A DNA stretch of 64,000 bases from contig OX597831.1 in assembly GCA_951406725.2 (NCBI GenBank), positions 49,104,001 to 49,168,000 on the forward strand, given 5' to 3'. This stretch comes from Octopus vulgaris. Taxonomy: Eukaryota. The stretch's first letter is position 1. Each line of letters begins with the position of its first letter. A program made the translations under genes and the position numbers. A model generated the notes under the pieces. It had not been told where the DNA came from, did not search any database, and saw nothing but the letters and a program-made list of their open reading frames with translations. Shown here in pieces: positions 49,238 through 61,353 of this stretch.

Positions 49238-50485
49238 CAATTCTATCCCTAAAGTTTAAAATCAGCCCACCAGAACATGATTCATATTTTTATTAAATTT
49301 TGCTATTCCATAGTGATAAAATTTTATCATCCTTTCGGGGTCGATAAATTAAGTACCAGTTACACACTGGGGTCGATATAATCGACTTAATCCGTTTGTC
49401 TGTCCTTGTTTGTCCCGTCTGTGTTTAGCCCCTTGTGGGTAGTAAAGAAATATATATTTTACGAACCAGCGAAGGTAGTTCGAGTGGTTGCTCGACTCGT
49501 TAAAACAATACTGTTCTCCCTCAAGTCACACCCCGTCGCCTTCAAAAGAAAAGTGGTGGGGAGGACATTGGATAGTGTCCTGGCCCACTGAATATACTTA
49601 TACACCGAGCCTAAAAATTAAATGCGACGATCGCCGTCAAAACATTGTTGCTCTATTCTATTAGGGCTGCGTCCCCAAAGTCCATCCCCTCCTCACCGTG
49701 GTGGGGACGCTGGCAACGGGTAGTGTCAGAGCTATGCCGTCGGGAACTTCGGTTCCTGGTAGGGCCACCCAAGGCGGATTGGTCTGACACCGAGTGGTAT
49801 TAGGGCCACAACCCGGCAGACATTATTCTATTGTTTGGTGAAAATCCTCGGAGTGTCTGTTTCGGCAACCGGCAGCTCCTCGGTCGTTCTGTCCCTGAGT
49901 TCGCGGACAATCTGCGGCAAACAGGATGTCTCTATATGCGGGATTGTTGGGGACCGCTTGTGAAATCCACATGTTCCCACGAAACTTCTTTCAACTTCTT
50001 CGCGATGCCTCGAGGGCGGTAGAAGAAGCCGGCTCAACCCGCACAGGGTGAATGTCGCCACAAGTACAAGTAAGTACTATTAGGGCTGACCTGGAGTTAA
50101 ATATCAACCGCGCTGTTTTTAAAGAAGTGGTAGGTTATGTCTAAACTGAAATAAAATGGTGACGAAAAACTAAGCTGTTGATTTATTAGAAAGAGTCCTT
50201 GAAAGATTTCTTGAATGCAACATTTGTTGTTGGAATAAGGAAAATATCACGCAACAGTATTTCGATCTCCGTTCAACATCAAACGGGGGATAAAAATGAA
50301 AAGGTATACGAAAATATGCATAGATTTAACTACAATGGTATAAAAATTGAACCACGTTCAATACTGATTGCAAAAAAAAGATTCTGGTAGGATAGTTAGA
50401 GCTGGGCCAGGTTCGGTTCCAATTGGGCCCTAATTTTTTCATTCGCTTCCATGTTTGTTTATGTATACAATATGATTTGCTATTA

Positions 50486-50816
50486 TTTTTATATATAAAA
50501 GTCAAGTTGTGTGTCTGTCTCCTACGATTTAGATTCCTAACTACTCCCACATTTTGCGGTGCAGTTTAACCAAAACCGGGTATCTTATAGTCGTGATTCA
50601 TATTTACCATCATTTTTTCCCCATTTTAATGCATTTTTTTCGCTATTATATTAGGGAAATATCTCTCTAAAAATGTCTACGATGAGTCAACGATTTAAAA
50701 AAAGATTTACTATCATTTTTTTCCATTTTTAATGCATTTTTTGGCTATAACTCTCTAAAAATGCTTATATAGTTATTTCCCTTACAAACCCGAGCAACGC
50801 CGGGCGATACTGCTTG
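50486..50816 (+). mobile_element. Non-autonomous Helitron-like element, same family as 35350-35925
   Basis: Same termini and internal sequence. Confidence 0.8.
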
Positions 50817-51518
50817 TAATATATAATGAAATTATTGTATAATGTGCTCAGGTGCACCACAACATCATCAGTTCAAGCTGATGGAGATATAGCAGTGATA
50901 TCTCACCCTGCGCATCTTTACCCAATATATGACTTAAGACGAGATGGTCACAACTACAAAATCTTGATCATCGTTGATCTGGAGTGCTAAAGATACCCAA
51001 GTTTTGAGCAATATAACCGAATGAAGAACGGGATTGTATATCATGTATGTATGTGTGTGTTTGTACAGGGTATCCCCCAAAAATATATACACACTTTAAA
51101 TAATTGTAAAATAGGTTATTAAAATACATTTCATTTTCAAAATTTAATAAAATCTACAGACATTATTCTATTGTTTTGTCAATGCCTTCTTTTCAAACTG
51201 ACGTCCGTTCTGGTCCATTATTATGTACAATTGATGGATATTCGTCCTCATTTTTTTTATTAACACAACGTTTCTGCTGATGTACCCTCCAGCCTTCTTC
51301 AAGTGTCTTGAGGAAATTTCGAACCTGGGTTCTCATACCTAAGGTATATTTCGATGTTGTAATTATTATAGTCCTTGCAATAATAATAATAATAAAATAT
51401 CCGTCAATTGCAAAAGTCTATTTTTCGTTTAGTTTACGGGGTGAATATGAACGTCCGAAACAACACAGCACACAATAGGCGAGAAATTTTTATATTACGT
51501 CTATTCTTAAGTTATATG

Positions 51519-51682
51519 ACGGGGTGAGCGCGAACGCAGACCCCACACTTAGAAATAGCGCACCCGAGTCGCCCACATTTGGGGCGATCGCAAAGGTCAA
51601 CCCAACCGGAGTGCAATGGAAGGGCCTCACTTTGGGAGAACCACCTAGATGATCATGGTTTACTCCTGTGCCAGGTAAGTAT
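51519..51682 (-). ncRNA. RNU1: U1 snRNA copy 1
   Basis: ATACTTACCTG 5' end, U1A loop CATTGCACTCCG, SL4 with TTCG loop, about 164 nt, followed by 3'-box-like AAGAATAGA. Confidence 0.95.
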
Positions 51683-51770
51683 GTTCTTTTGGTGTTCACT
51701 AATCTCATATAAACGATATTTGCATTGTAACTTCACTGATATTGCCTCTAATATTAACTTGAAATATTAA
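51683..51770 (-). promoter_or_regulatory. Conserved U1 proximal promoter (PSE region), includes octamer ATGCAAAT at 51718-51725
   Basis: About 85 bp immediately upstream is near-identical in all four copies (also 53930-54017, 59078-59165, 61354-61441), while the next ~100 bp diverges. Confidence 0.7.
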
Positions 51771-53765
51771 TTTTTCAGCAAATTTCATTATATATATTAG
51801 AACTCAACTACTACAACTCATTATTTCTAATTCAATGGTTTAGTAAGATAATGCTTTAATTTCTTGAAATATTATAAAATTTAGAAATTATAGCCTTGTT
51901 TTATCCAACAGTAACGGCAAACAAACAAGGGAGACAATTCCAGTTTTATTTGTAAGTTTACCGATAAGGATATTTACTGTAATACATTTTACTACACAAA
52001 ACGAACCAACAAAGGAGTATCTTGCATGATAGTTAGGCATGCTAGATATAACAGCAAAATCTTCCCCAAATTACACACAATGGTTTCAATTTTTTACAAA
52101 GATGAAAACTAACCGGGGCCGGTTGTCAAGCGGTGGTGCGGGACAAATAGAGCATACACACACGCACGTATATGATATCTGTATATATACCAGTGTATGT
52201 ACGACCGGTTGATTGATGCCCGGAATAAGTAATATCGTGTTTCGTTGAAATATAGACATACATTCAAGAAACAATTATGTAAAACATTATTATTGAAGTA
52301 TCAACCATTTTACTACTAAATACAATGTTTTATAAAACAAAACCACTGACGGAAGACTTTTGCAATCAATGCTTGTAGCGTAATTGGGGAGGATATATAT
52401 ATATATATATGTATATGTATATATATATATACACATATGTTACATTTTCTAAGATACATATATATATATGTGTGTATATGTAACGGCAGAAATTGATTAG
52501 TAAACAATTTTATGATGTGTCGAAGTCAGCAGTTGTAACGATCAAAAGATGTTATAATTGTTTACTGTAGGATGTGAAAGATGAACAATGCATGAAGTTT
52601 TAAGGAAAAGTTTATTTACCGTTACGTAACAATACCTTGCCTCGACGAGCAGGTTATGATAAATCCAAAAGCATGCGAAGTAAAGTTTGTGTTTGTGGCC
52701 TCTACATTGTTTAGTAGTAATTACAGAGAGAGATAGAATGCCGTTGTAAGAGAACAGAATTGGAGCTAGTGAGAGTGAAACGTTGTCTTTCTGTTTCCCT
52801 CTAGCCGTTTTGTCTGCCTGCTTCCATGATTCTAGTGGTCGGTTCACTAACCGATGTTAGCTCTCTCTCAACTCACGAGTTGTCACCAAAGTGACTAACT
52901 GATTTTTGCTTGGGGTATGCTTGCTTATATAGCTATCCAGAAGGCTAGATATATCATTGAGAACAATAGATTTAGTTGGTGGTCTTGTTATCTCTATTCT
53001 AGCTTTTGGTGAAGTAGAAGAGGTTAGAAAGGGTCAAAGGCATCTGGAAAGTATAAAACTTCTGTCAGAGAAATACCATTGTTCCACCGTGGGAAAAGTT
53101 CTGCTGCAGTGATAATTTAAATTTGAGAATGGTGGATCGAATCCACTTCATACATGCAAGATTCACTACAGATATATATCACAGTCTCTACTATATATAT
53201 CTATTCAATAACGAACCATATAATTCACACTCTGGAAAATTTTTTCTGTAAAATATTAGGAGTGGTTAAAATTTCCGAGGCTTCCATCTCACCTCACTCC
53301 GTTTTTTTCTCTCTCCAAAAAGGTTTCTGTAGCATATTAAGTCACAGAAATTCATTTAACGAAAAAAGAAAATTCCCAATGATTCCGGGAATGGGGAGGG
53401 GGGGTCCCCTTCGGCCCCCTTCCTGACCGAACTAAAATAAGGGATCTGCAGCATATTAGGTCAGGGTACTTGATTCCACGCAAAAATTCCTAGATTTTTC
53501 TTGGTGTAAAACGAGCGGGTGTTAATCTAAAAGTTCACTCTTTGTTTTCGTTTCTCGCCTTAACTCACATGGAGATTGGCATGTTTAAGTTATGGCGGAA
53601 AATCGATTCTTACCACCATCCGTGGGTGCTTTGGAGAAAATAAGTTGACAGAAATCCAGCCAAAATGTTTTTCATAATTTGAAAGACAAATGAAAAAAGA
53701 TACAACCTTGTCAAAAGGTGAAATTCCATTTTCTGTTGACAGACTGTCTATTTTTCGATTATATG

Positions 53766-53929
53766 ACGGGGTGAGCGCGAACGCAGACCCCACACTTAGA
53801 AATAGCGCACCCGAGTCGCCCACATTTGGGGCGATCGCAAAGGTCAACCCAACCGGAGTGCAATGGAAGGGCCTCACTTTGGGAGAACCACCTAGATGAT
53901 CATGGTTTACTCCTGTGCCAGGTAAGTAT
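53766..53929 (-). ncRNA. RNU1: U1 snRNA copy 2
   Basis: Same body as copy 1; downstream GAAAAATAGA 3'-box-like motif. Confidence 0.95.
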
Positions 53930-54742
53930 GTTTTATAGGCGTTCACTAATCTCATATAAACGATGTTTGCATTGTAACTTCACTGATATTGCCTCTAATA
54001 TTACTTTGAATTATTAATTTTTTAATAACTATCACCATATATATTACAATTTACCTACTAAAATTCTTTATTTCTAATTAAATGATTTAGTAAATTAATG
54101 CTTTAATTCGTTCAAATATTATGAAATTTAAAAATTGTCGCCTCGTTTAATTCAACAGTAACGTCAAATGAACAAGGGAGACAATTCCAGTTTTATTTGT
54201 AAGTTTACCGATAAAAATAGTTACTGTAATACGTTTACTACACAAAACGAACCAACAAAAGAGCATCTTACATGATCGTTAGGCATGCTAGATATAACAG
54301 CAAAATCTTCCCCAAATTACACACAATGATTTCTATTTTTTCTTACAAAAATAAAAACTAACCAGCGCTGGTTGTCAAGCAGTGGTGGGGGAAAATGAAA
54401 TAAAGTATACACACGCGGGCGCGCGCGTCAGTGTACGTACGACCGATTGTGTTTTTTTTAAAGGTTAAGTTTTAAGTAGTCATAATCTTTATTTATTTGT
54501 AAATTATTTATACTTTGTATATAATAATCGCAAAATTTTTTTATATAACACGAACTCATTCATTCTATGTAATTGTTTGTCCTGTGCTGTCCCTATTTCT
54601 GTGTTTGATCCACAGTGATCTTAATAAAGATTTGTTTGATGCCCGGAATAAGTAATATCGTGTTTCGTTGAAATATAGACGTACATTCAAGAAAAAAAAA
54701 TGTAAAACAAGCAAAACATTATTATTGAAGTATAAAAATTTT

Positions 54743-54868
54743 GGCAATCTTTCGTCTTTAGTAGACCTTTCCGTCGATTTCCGTAAAAAACTTTATTTTT
54801 TACATATGGGCTTGCGGGAACTTTTTACGGAAATCGACGGAAAGGTCTACTAGAGACGAAAGATCGCC
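54743..54868. mobile_element. MITE family 3, short copy, Merlin-like
   Basis: TIR GGCAATCTTTCGTC...; TSD AAAATTTT/AAAATGTT; empty site in the paralogous spacer near 59693. Confidence 0.88.
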
Positions 54869-55627
54869 AAAATGTTACTACTAAATACAATATTTTATAA
54901 ACAAAACCACTGACGGAAGACTTTTACAATCAATGCTTGTAGCATAGTTGGGGAGGAGGCAATGGGGTGATCAGCTTAGACGGCACTTTTACGGGGATAG
55001 TACTTACGGATCTACTGTATAAGCCTGTAAAGAGGATTGAGGGAAGAGGTAAGGGATGGCAATCTTAAGGGACACTCCGGGTAGCACGTAGTATAACAAC
55101 GCCAATATTTGTGTAAACAATATTTTTCGTGAGTGGGAAGGTCAGCTTTTTATGAAGATACGTGTTCAAAATTCTTTTTTTTTTTACTCTCCCACCACCT
55201 CACCATCACACTCTGGACCAATCTTGGCGAATTCTTTTGCAAGTAAAACTATGGTAGGATCCTTTTCAGTAAAAAGAAAAGTATTGTAAATATTCTCAGA
55301 AGAAAAAGTGTGTGTTTTAATGGAGATTTGGTTGTTATTTCTAGCACATCCTATGATGGCCCTCCTTGTTTCTTTCTTTCTCACTGATACATCTATTGAT
55401 GTTTTTCAATATTTTTCTCTCCATAAACACAATTACGGAATTAATTTTTTTATATTTATGATTTTTTTTTCAATCCCACTGCCTGGCCTCGATTGTTTCT
55501 CTTCATAATACAAAATATTTTAGATCCTGAGAAGGTCATTGCTGGCACTTATAAACAGTGATTTCAAAAAAGTAGTATGTAAAAGATAATTCATTTTAAC
55601 AGTATACTTTTCTGTTAGGAAAAGTTT

Positions 55628-56221
55628 GGAAATACTTCCGCCCGTCCCCCCCACCCCCATATTCTCTCAAATTTGTTAATTTTTGTAATTTTTTGTGCCA
55701 CAAATCCCCGTTTTCGGATATGGAGGTTCCGGAAAATTGCCAAAAATTGGCGTTGGGAAATTCCTCCCTTTCCCCACAACTTCTTCAATTTTGACTTTGT
55801 TCCCCAACACTAACCCTAAAACCGTAACCCTAACCCTAACCCTAAAGCCGTAACCGTAAATACAGAAATGTTTTGAAATGTTTGTCCGTATTTTTCCGCA
55901 TATTTAGAAAAAAAAAAAAAATTCTTAAAAAAAAATTTTACAAAGATTTTTGGAAATTTTTTCAGAATCATAATCTCCGTATTTTTCCGTATATTTCGAA
56001 AAAAAAAATTGTGAAAAAAGTTTAAAATGAAGGAAATGGGGGTGGGGTGGTAATTTAGAAATGTCGGTTTTTGCCAATTTTTTTGTAGATTCGTATTCCC
56101 CGTAGCCAAAGGTGGGTGTGTGTGTGTGGGGGGGGGGCGAGGAGTTGTGTCCCCAAAATTTTTTTTAAAGGGTGGGGTTTGTTTTTTTTGGGGGGGGGGC
56201 AGGATTGGCGGAAGTCTTGCC
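55628..56221. mobile_element. MITE family 2, second copy
   Basis: GGAAATACTTCCGCC...GGCGGAAGTCTTGCC, perfect 8-bp TSD AAAAGTTT, TAACCC repeats at about 55810-55858. Confidence 0.82.
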
Positions 56222-56529
56222 AAAAGTTTTCTTTTATACACACACACACATTGAAGTGGGGGGTAAACATTTTAATTACCATTTTTTGTTTAAAAAAGAC
56301 AGAAGCGAAGAGAGAATTACGGCTATTTCTTTATTATAGGCACAATGGCCTGATTATATAGAGGGGACAATACAAAATACACGCGGGAACACAAAACGAA
56401 TGAAAAAATGAAAATGAAATGAATATAAACAGGATGTAGATGAGACAGCCGCCTCGCCCCCGCAGCGAGACGAACTGTGATTATCTTACTTTCTTAAACC
56501 TACAACAATAACTTTACAAAAAACATTGG

Positions 56530-57930
56530 TTTTTACATCTGAAACAGCCCTTACACTACTTACTCCACTCCATTCTTCGGCAATCTTTCGTCTCTAGTAG
56601 ACCTTTCCGTCGATTTTCGTAAAAATTTTTTTTTTTTTTACATATGGGCTTGCGGGAACTTTTGAAGTTATGAGAGCGAAAGAGACTAAGAGAGAGCGAT
56701 TGTATGACGAGGGAAGTTCTTTTGAAGTTGCCGTGCATGTGAAGCATTGATGTACATGTGTGTGTGTGTTTGATGGGGTGTGGGAGACAGACAGTATGTT
56801 GTGTAAGTGAAGTGCTTCTGTTTGTGTGTGTGAAGAGACAGAGTAATGTGTGAAAGAAAGAGATAACTGAAATTTTTTACTCGGTGTATGTATGTATATT
56901 ACGTATGTATATATATTACGGTGTATGTATGTATATTACGTATGTATATATTACGTATGTATATATACGTATGTATATTACTTCAAAAGTTCCCGCAAGC
57001 CCATATGTAAAAAAAAAAGTTTTTTTACGGAAATCGACGGAAAGGTCTACTAGAGACGAAAGATCGCCCATTCTTCTACCACTTCTGGAGTCATTAGGGT
57101 TGTTGAGCAGCCCGTGTCTGCGAAGGTTCGTGATACCTTTCCGTTCATCACGACTTCTACTACTGGCAACGACTGTAAACAGGCCTCTATTCCTTCGACG
57201 GGACAACCAGCAGCGCAGTAGTCTCCCTTGGACCGTTTCCCTGCACACATTCACCAGCGATGTGGCCTATCTGTCTGCATCAATGGCAAATCACTCCAGG
57301 CCTGGGTTCCCTGCAGTCCCCCGCCATGTGGGAACACTGACACCGAAAACACTGTCCTTTGAGGGGTCGCGCACGTTCCTTGTTCGACTCCTCTCCGCCG
57401 CTCTTTGTTCGACCCCTTCTCGGTGTTGCAGTCGCTGCCAAAGGTGTCGTCCTGCAACACGAGACGATGATTCTGGCCCGAGAGAGCACCTCTCTCATTG
57501 ACATAGACTGAATGTTCGGCAGGTTTTGCAGCTCGACCGACACATGGTCAAGAAATCCAGTTACAAAGGCTAATTTTACGGATTGTTCTAACGCGCCATC
57601 TCTATATCCCACGAGTATAGGCAATCTCCTGATTTCGTTGGGAAACACATCGACCTGTTCGCCCCTCCACTTTGTTTTCCCCAGTCGACCATATGCCATA
57701 AATGGTCCTTCTGTGAAAACCTCCATCAGACGGCCTTCTATTTTTTCTGCGCTCAACTGGCCCTTCTCTTCTATTTCCTGGTGTAGTGCCAACGCCTATC
57801 CATCGTGGTACAACAGTATAAAATTCGCTAGATCATCTGTATCTTGGAGTCTTGCCACCAACTTAATATTTTGCAGTCAAGCGGTAATATCTCCCCCACA
57901 CAAAATGGCCTAAATGTCTCATTCGAAACA
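56530..57930 (-). mobile_element. Decayed Ty3/gypsy-like gag-protease remnant
   Basis: Gag-like ORF 57280-57792 with zinc knuckles (CFRCQCSHMAGDC and a second with an in-frame stop) and aspartic protease FADTGCSTT; frameshifted. Confidence 0.8.
56579..57068. mobile_element. MITE family 3, long copy, inserted in gypsy protease
   Basis: About 90-bp TIRs, perfect 8-bp TSD CATTCTTC. Confidence 0.9.
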
Positions 57931-58913
57931 CGGACCAAACCAATCACTTTTTTTTTCCTCCTTTGAGCCGAAATAGCTTGTGTTGTAAAGGAAGAAAAAA
58001 GTCAGAAGCGAAAAGAGAATTACCGTAGTCTTATCTGTCGGTCCAGAGAAAGGGTCACTTTCAACATCCACGTCTTGTCACGAACTCCAATGTTCACTCC
58101 ACGTCCTTGTGAGCTATCCGTTACTCTACCATCTCACACGTCCGCTCTGATGTGCTGTTCGCCGTCGACTGACTCTCGTGCTTCACCGAATGCCGCATAT
58201 CCACCACGGAACTCCCTCACCTCCGATCCTTCCCTACAACACAGCAAGGCTCATAACACCACATTATTGTTGCTTATATCCCACCAATGGACCGCGAGTG
58301 TGTTACTTTCGGCAACATAATTCCATAAAATGTGTTTAATGAGAGAAAAATATTGAAAAAAAACATCAATAGATGTGAGAGTGTGAACGAGGATGGTGGT
58401 CTTGGGATATGCTAAAAACAACAGCCAAATCTCACTTAAATCGCAGACCTTTTCCTCTGAAATTACTTATCTTGTATATTTATAATAAAAAAATGGGACA
58501 AGAACGCAAAACATCCAGTTAAGTGATACAAAAAAAAGGACAACAAAACATCCAGACAGACGATACAAAGAAAACAAGGACGGGTCATTCAGTCTTCTTT
58601 CCTCAGTCGAGTTCCAGATTATGTTTGCAATTTCGGCTGGATATACTCGAGATTGCTCCAATCTGGCCAGCCCCAAGGAAAATCGAAGCTAAGACGACTA
58701 GATTCATACACATATATAAACCAAACAGGCTCCTTTCAAATTCTTGAAGTGCCAAAATCGGTCAGGATTGGAATGGTGAGGAGTGAAAGAATTACATTTT
58801 ACATGAAGAAATGTTTCTTTTCATTTCAAAGACTGAATTGAAATAAAAACAAAAAAGCCTAGAATATCACTGTCAGGCGGAGAAATTCCGATAGTCTATT
58901 TTTCGATTATATG

Positions 58914-59077
58914 ACGGGGTGAGCGCGAACGCAGACCCCACACTTAGAAATAGCACACCCGAGTCGCCCACATTTGGGGCGATCGCAAAGGTCAACCCAA
59001 CCGGAGTGCAATGGAAGGGCCTCACTTTGGGAGAACCACCTTGATATTCATGGTTTACTCCTGTGTCAGGTAAGTAT
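58914..59077 (-). ncRNA. RNU1: U1 snRNA copy 3 (sequence variant)
   Basis: U1 body with loop I GAATATCAAG and helix H ACAC/GTGT. Confidence 0.93.
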
Positions 59078-59814
59078 GTTTTTTTGGCGTTCACTAATCT
59101 TATATAAACGATATTTGCATTGTAACTTCACTGATATTGCCTCCAATATTACCTTGAAATATTAATTTTTCAGAAAATTTCATTATATATACTATAACTC
59201 AACTACTAACACTTATTATTTCTAATTCAATGGTTTAGTAAGATACTGCTTTAATTTCTTGAAATATTATAAAATTTAGAAATTATAGCTTGTAATTATA
59301 GTAACGGCAAATGAACAAGGGAGACAATTCCAGTTTTATTTGTAAGTTTACCGATAAAGATATTTACTGTAATACATTTACTACTACAAAACGAACCAAC
59401 AAAAGAGTATCTTACATGATCGTTAAGCATGCTAGATATAACAGCAAAATCTTCCCCAAATTACACACAATGGTTTCTATTTTTTACAAAGATGAAAACT
59501 AACCGGGGCCGGTTGTCAAGCGGTGGTGGAGAACAAATAGAGCATATACACATGCACGTATATGATATCTGTATATATACCAGTGTATGTACGACCGGTT
59601 GATTGGTGCCCGGAATAAGTAATATCGTGTTTCGTTGAAATATAGACATACATTCAAGAAACAATTATGTAAAACATTATTATTGAAGTATAAAAATTTT
59701 ACTACTACATACAATATTTTATAAAACAAAACCACTGACGGAAGACTTTTACGATCAATGCTTGTAGCGTAATTGGGGAGGATATATATATATGCACATA
59801 TGTCACATTTTCTA

Positions 59815-59871
<57 letters not shown>

Positions 59872-61189
59872 ACGGCAGAAATTGATTAGTAAACAATTTT
59901 ATGATGTGTCCAAGTCAGCAGTTGTAATGATCAAAAGTTGTTATAATTGTTTACTGTAGGATGTGAAAGATGAACAATGCATGAAGTTTTAAGGAAAAGT
60001 TTATTTACCGTTACGTTACAATACCTTGCCTCGACGAGCAGGTTATGATAAATCCAAAAGCATGCGAAGTAAAGTTTGTGTTTGTGGCCTCTACATTGTT
60101 TAGTAGTAATTACAGAGAGAGACAGAATGACGTTGTAAGAGAACAGAACTGGAGCTAGTGAGAGTGAGAGAGTGTGGGACGTTGTCTTTCTGTTTCCCTC
60201 TGGCCGTTTTGTCTGCCTGCTTCCATGATTCTAGTGGTCGGTTCACTAACCGATGTTAGCTCTCTCTCAACTCACGAGTCGTCACCAAAGTGACTAACTG
60301 ATTTTTGCTTGGGGTATGCTTGCTTATATAACTATCCAGAAGGCTAGATATATCATTGGGAACAATAGATTTAGTTAGTGGTCTTGTTATCTCTATTCTA
60401 GCTTTTGGTGAAGTAGAAGAGGTTAGAAAGGGTCAAGCGGTGAAGACATTATTTCGGCCTAGCTAAAGGCATCTGGAAAGTATAAAACTTCTGTCAGAGA
60501 AAAACCATTGTTCCATCGTGGGAAAAGTTCTGCTGCAGTGATAATTTAAATTTGGCTATGGTGGATCGAATCCACTTCATACATGCAAGATTCACTACAG
60601 ATATATATCACAGTCTCTACAATATATATTCAATAACGAACCATATAATTCATACTCTGGAAAATTTTTTCTGTAAAATATTAGGACTGGTTAAAATTTC
60701 CGAGGCTTCCACCTCACCTCACCCCGTTTTTCTCTCTTTCCAAAAAGGTTTCTGTAGCATATTAGGTCACAGAAATTCATTTAACGAAAAAAGAAAATTC
60801 CCAATGATTCCGGGAATGGGGAGGGGGGTCCCCTTCCAGACCGAACTAAAATAAGGGATCTGTAGCATATTAGGTCAGGGTACTTGATTCCACGCAAAAA
60901 TTCCTAGATTTTTCTTGGTGTAAAACGAGCGGGTGTTAATCTAAAAGTTCACTCTTTGTTTTCGATTCTCGCCTTAACTCACATGGAGATTGGCATGTTT
61001 AAGTTATGGCTGAAAATCGATTCTTACCACCATCCGTGGGTGCTTTGGAGAAAATAAGTTGACAGAAATCCAGCCAAAATGATCTTCATAATTTGAAAGA
61101 CAAATGAAAAAAGAAAGAACCTGGAAAATCCCTGTCAAAAGGTGAAATTCCAACATCTGTTGGCACACTGTCTATTTTTGATTGAAATG

Positions 61190-61353
61190 ACGGGGTGAGC
61201 GCGAACGCAGACCCCACACTTAGAAATAGCACACCCGAGTCGCCCACATTTGGGGCGATCGCAAAGGTCAACCCAACCGGAGTGCAATGGAAGGGCCTCA
61301 CTTTGGGAGAACCACCTAGATGATCATGGTTTACTCCTGTGCCAGGTAAGTAT
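61190..61353 (-). ncRNA. RNU1: U1 snRNA copy 4
   Basis: U1 body; helix H GCAC/GTGT. Confidence 0.95.

Noticed and set aside
56884-57501. 205-aa plus-strand ORF
   Set aside because: Antisense to gypsy gag/protease and starts in MITE low-complexity sequence
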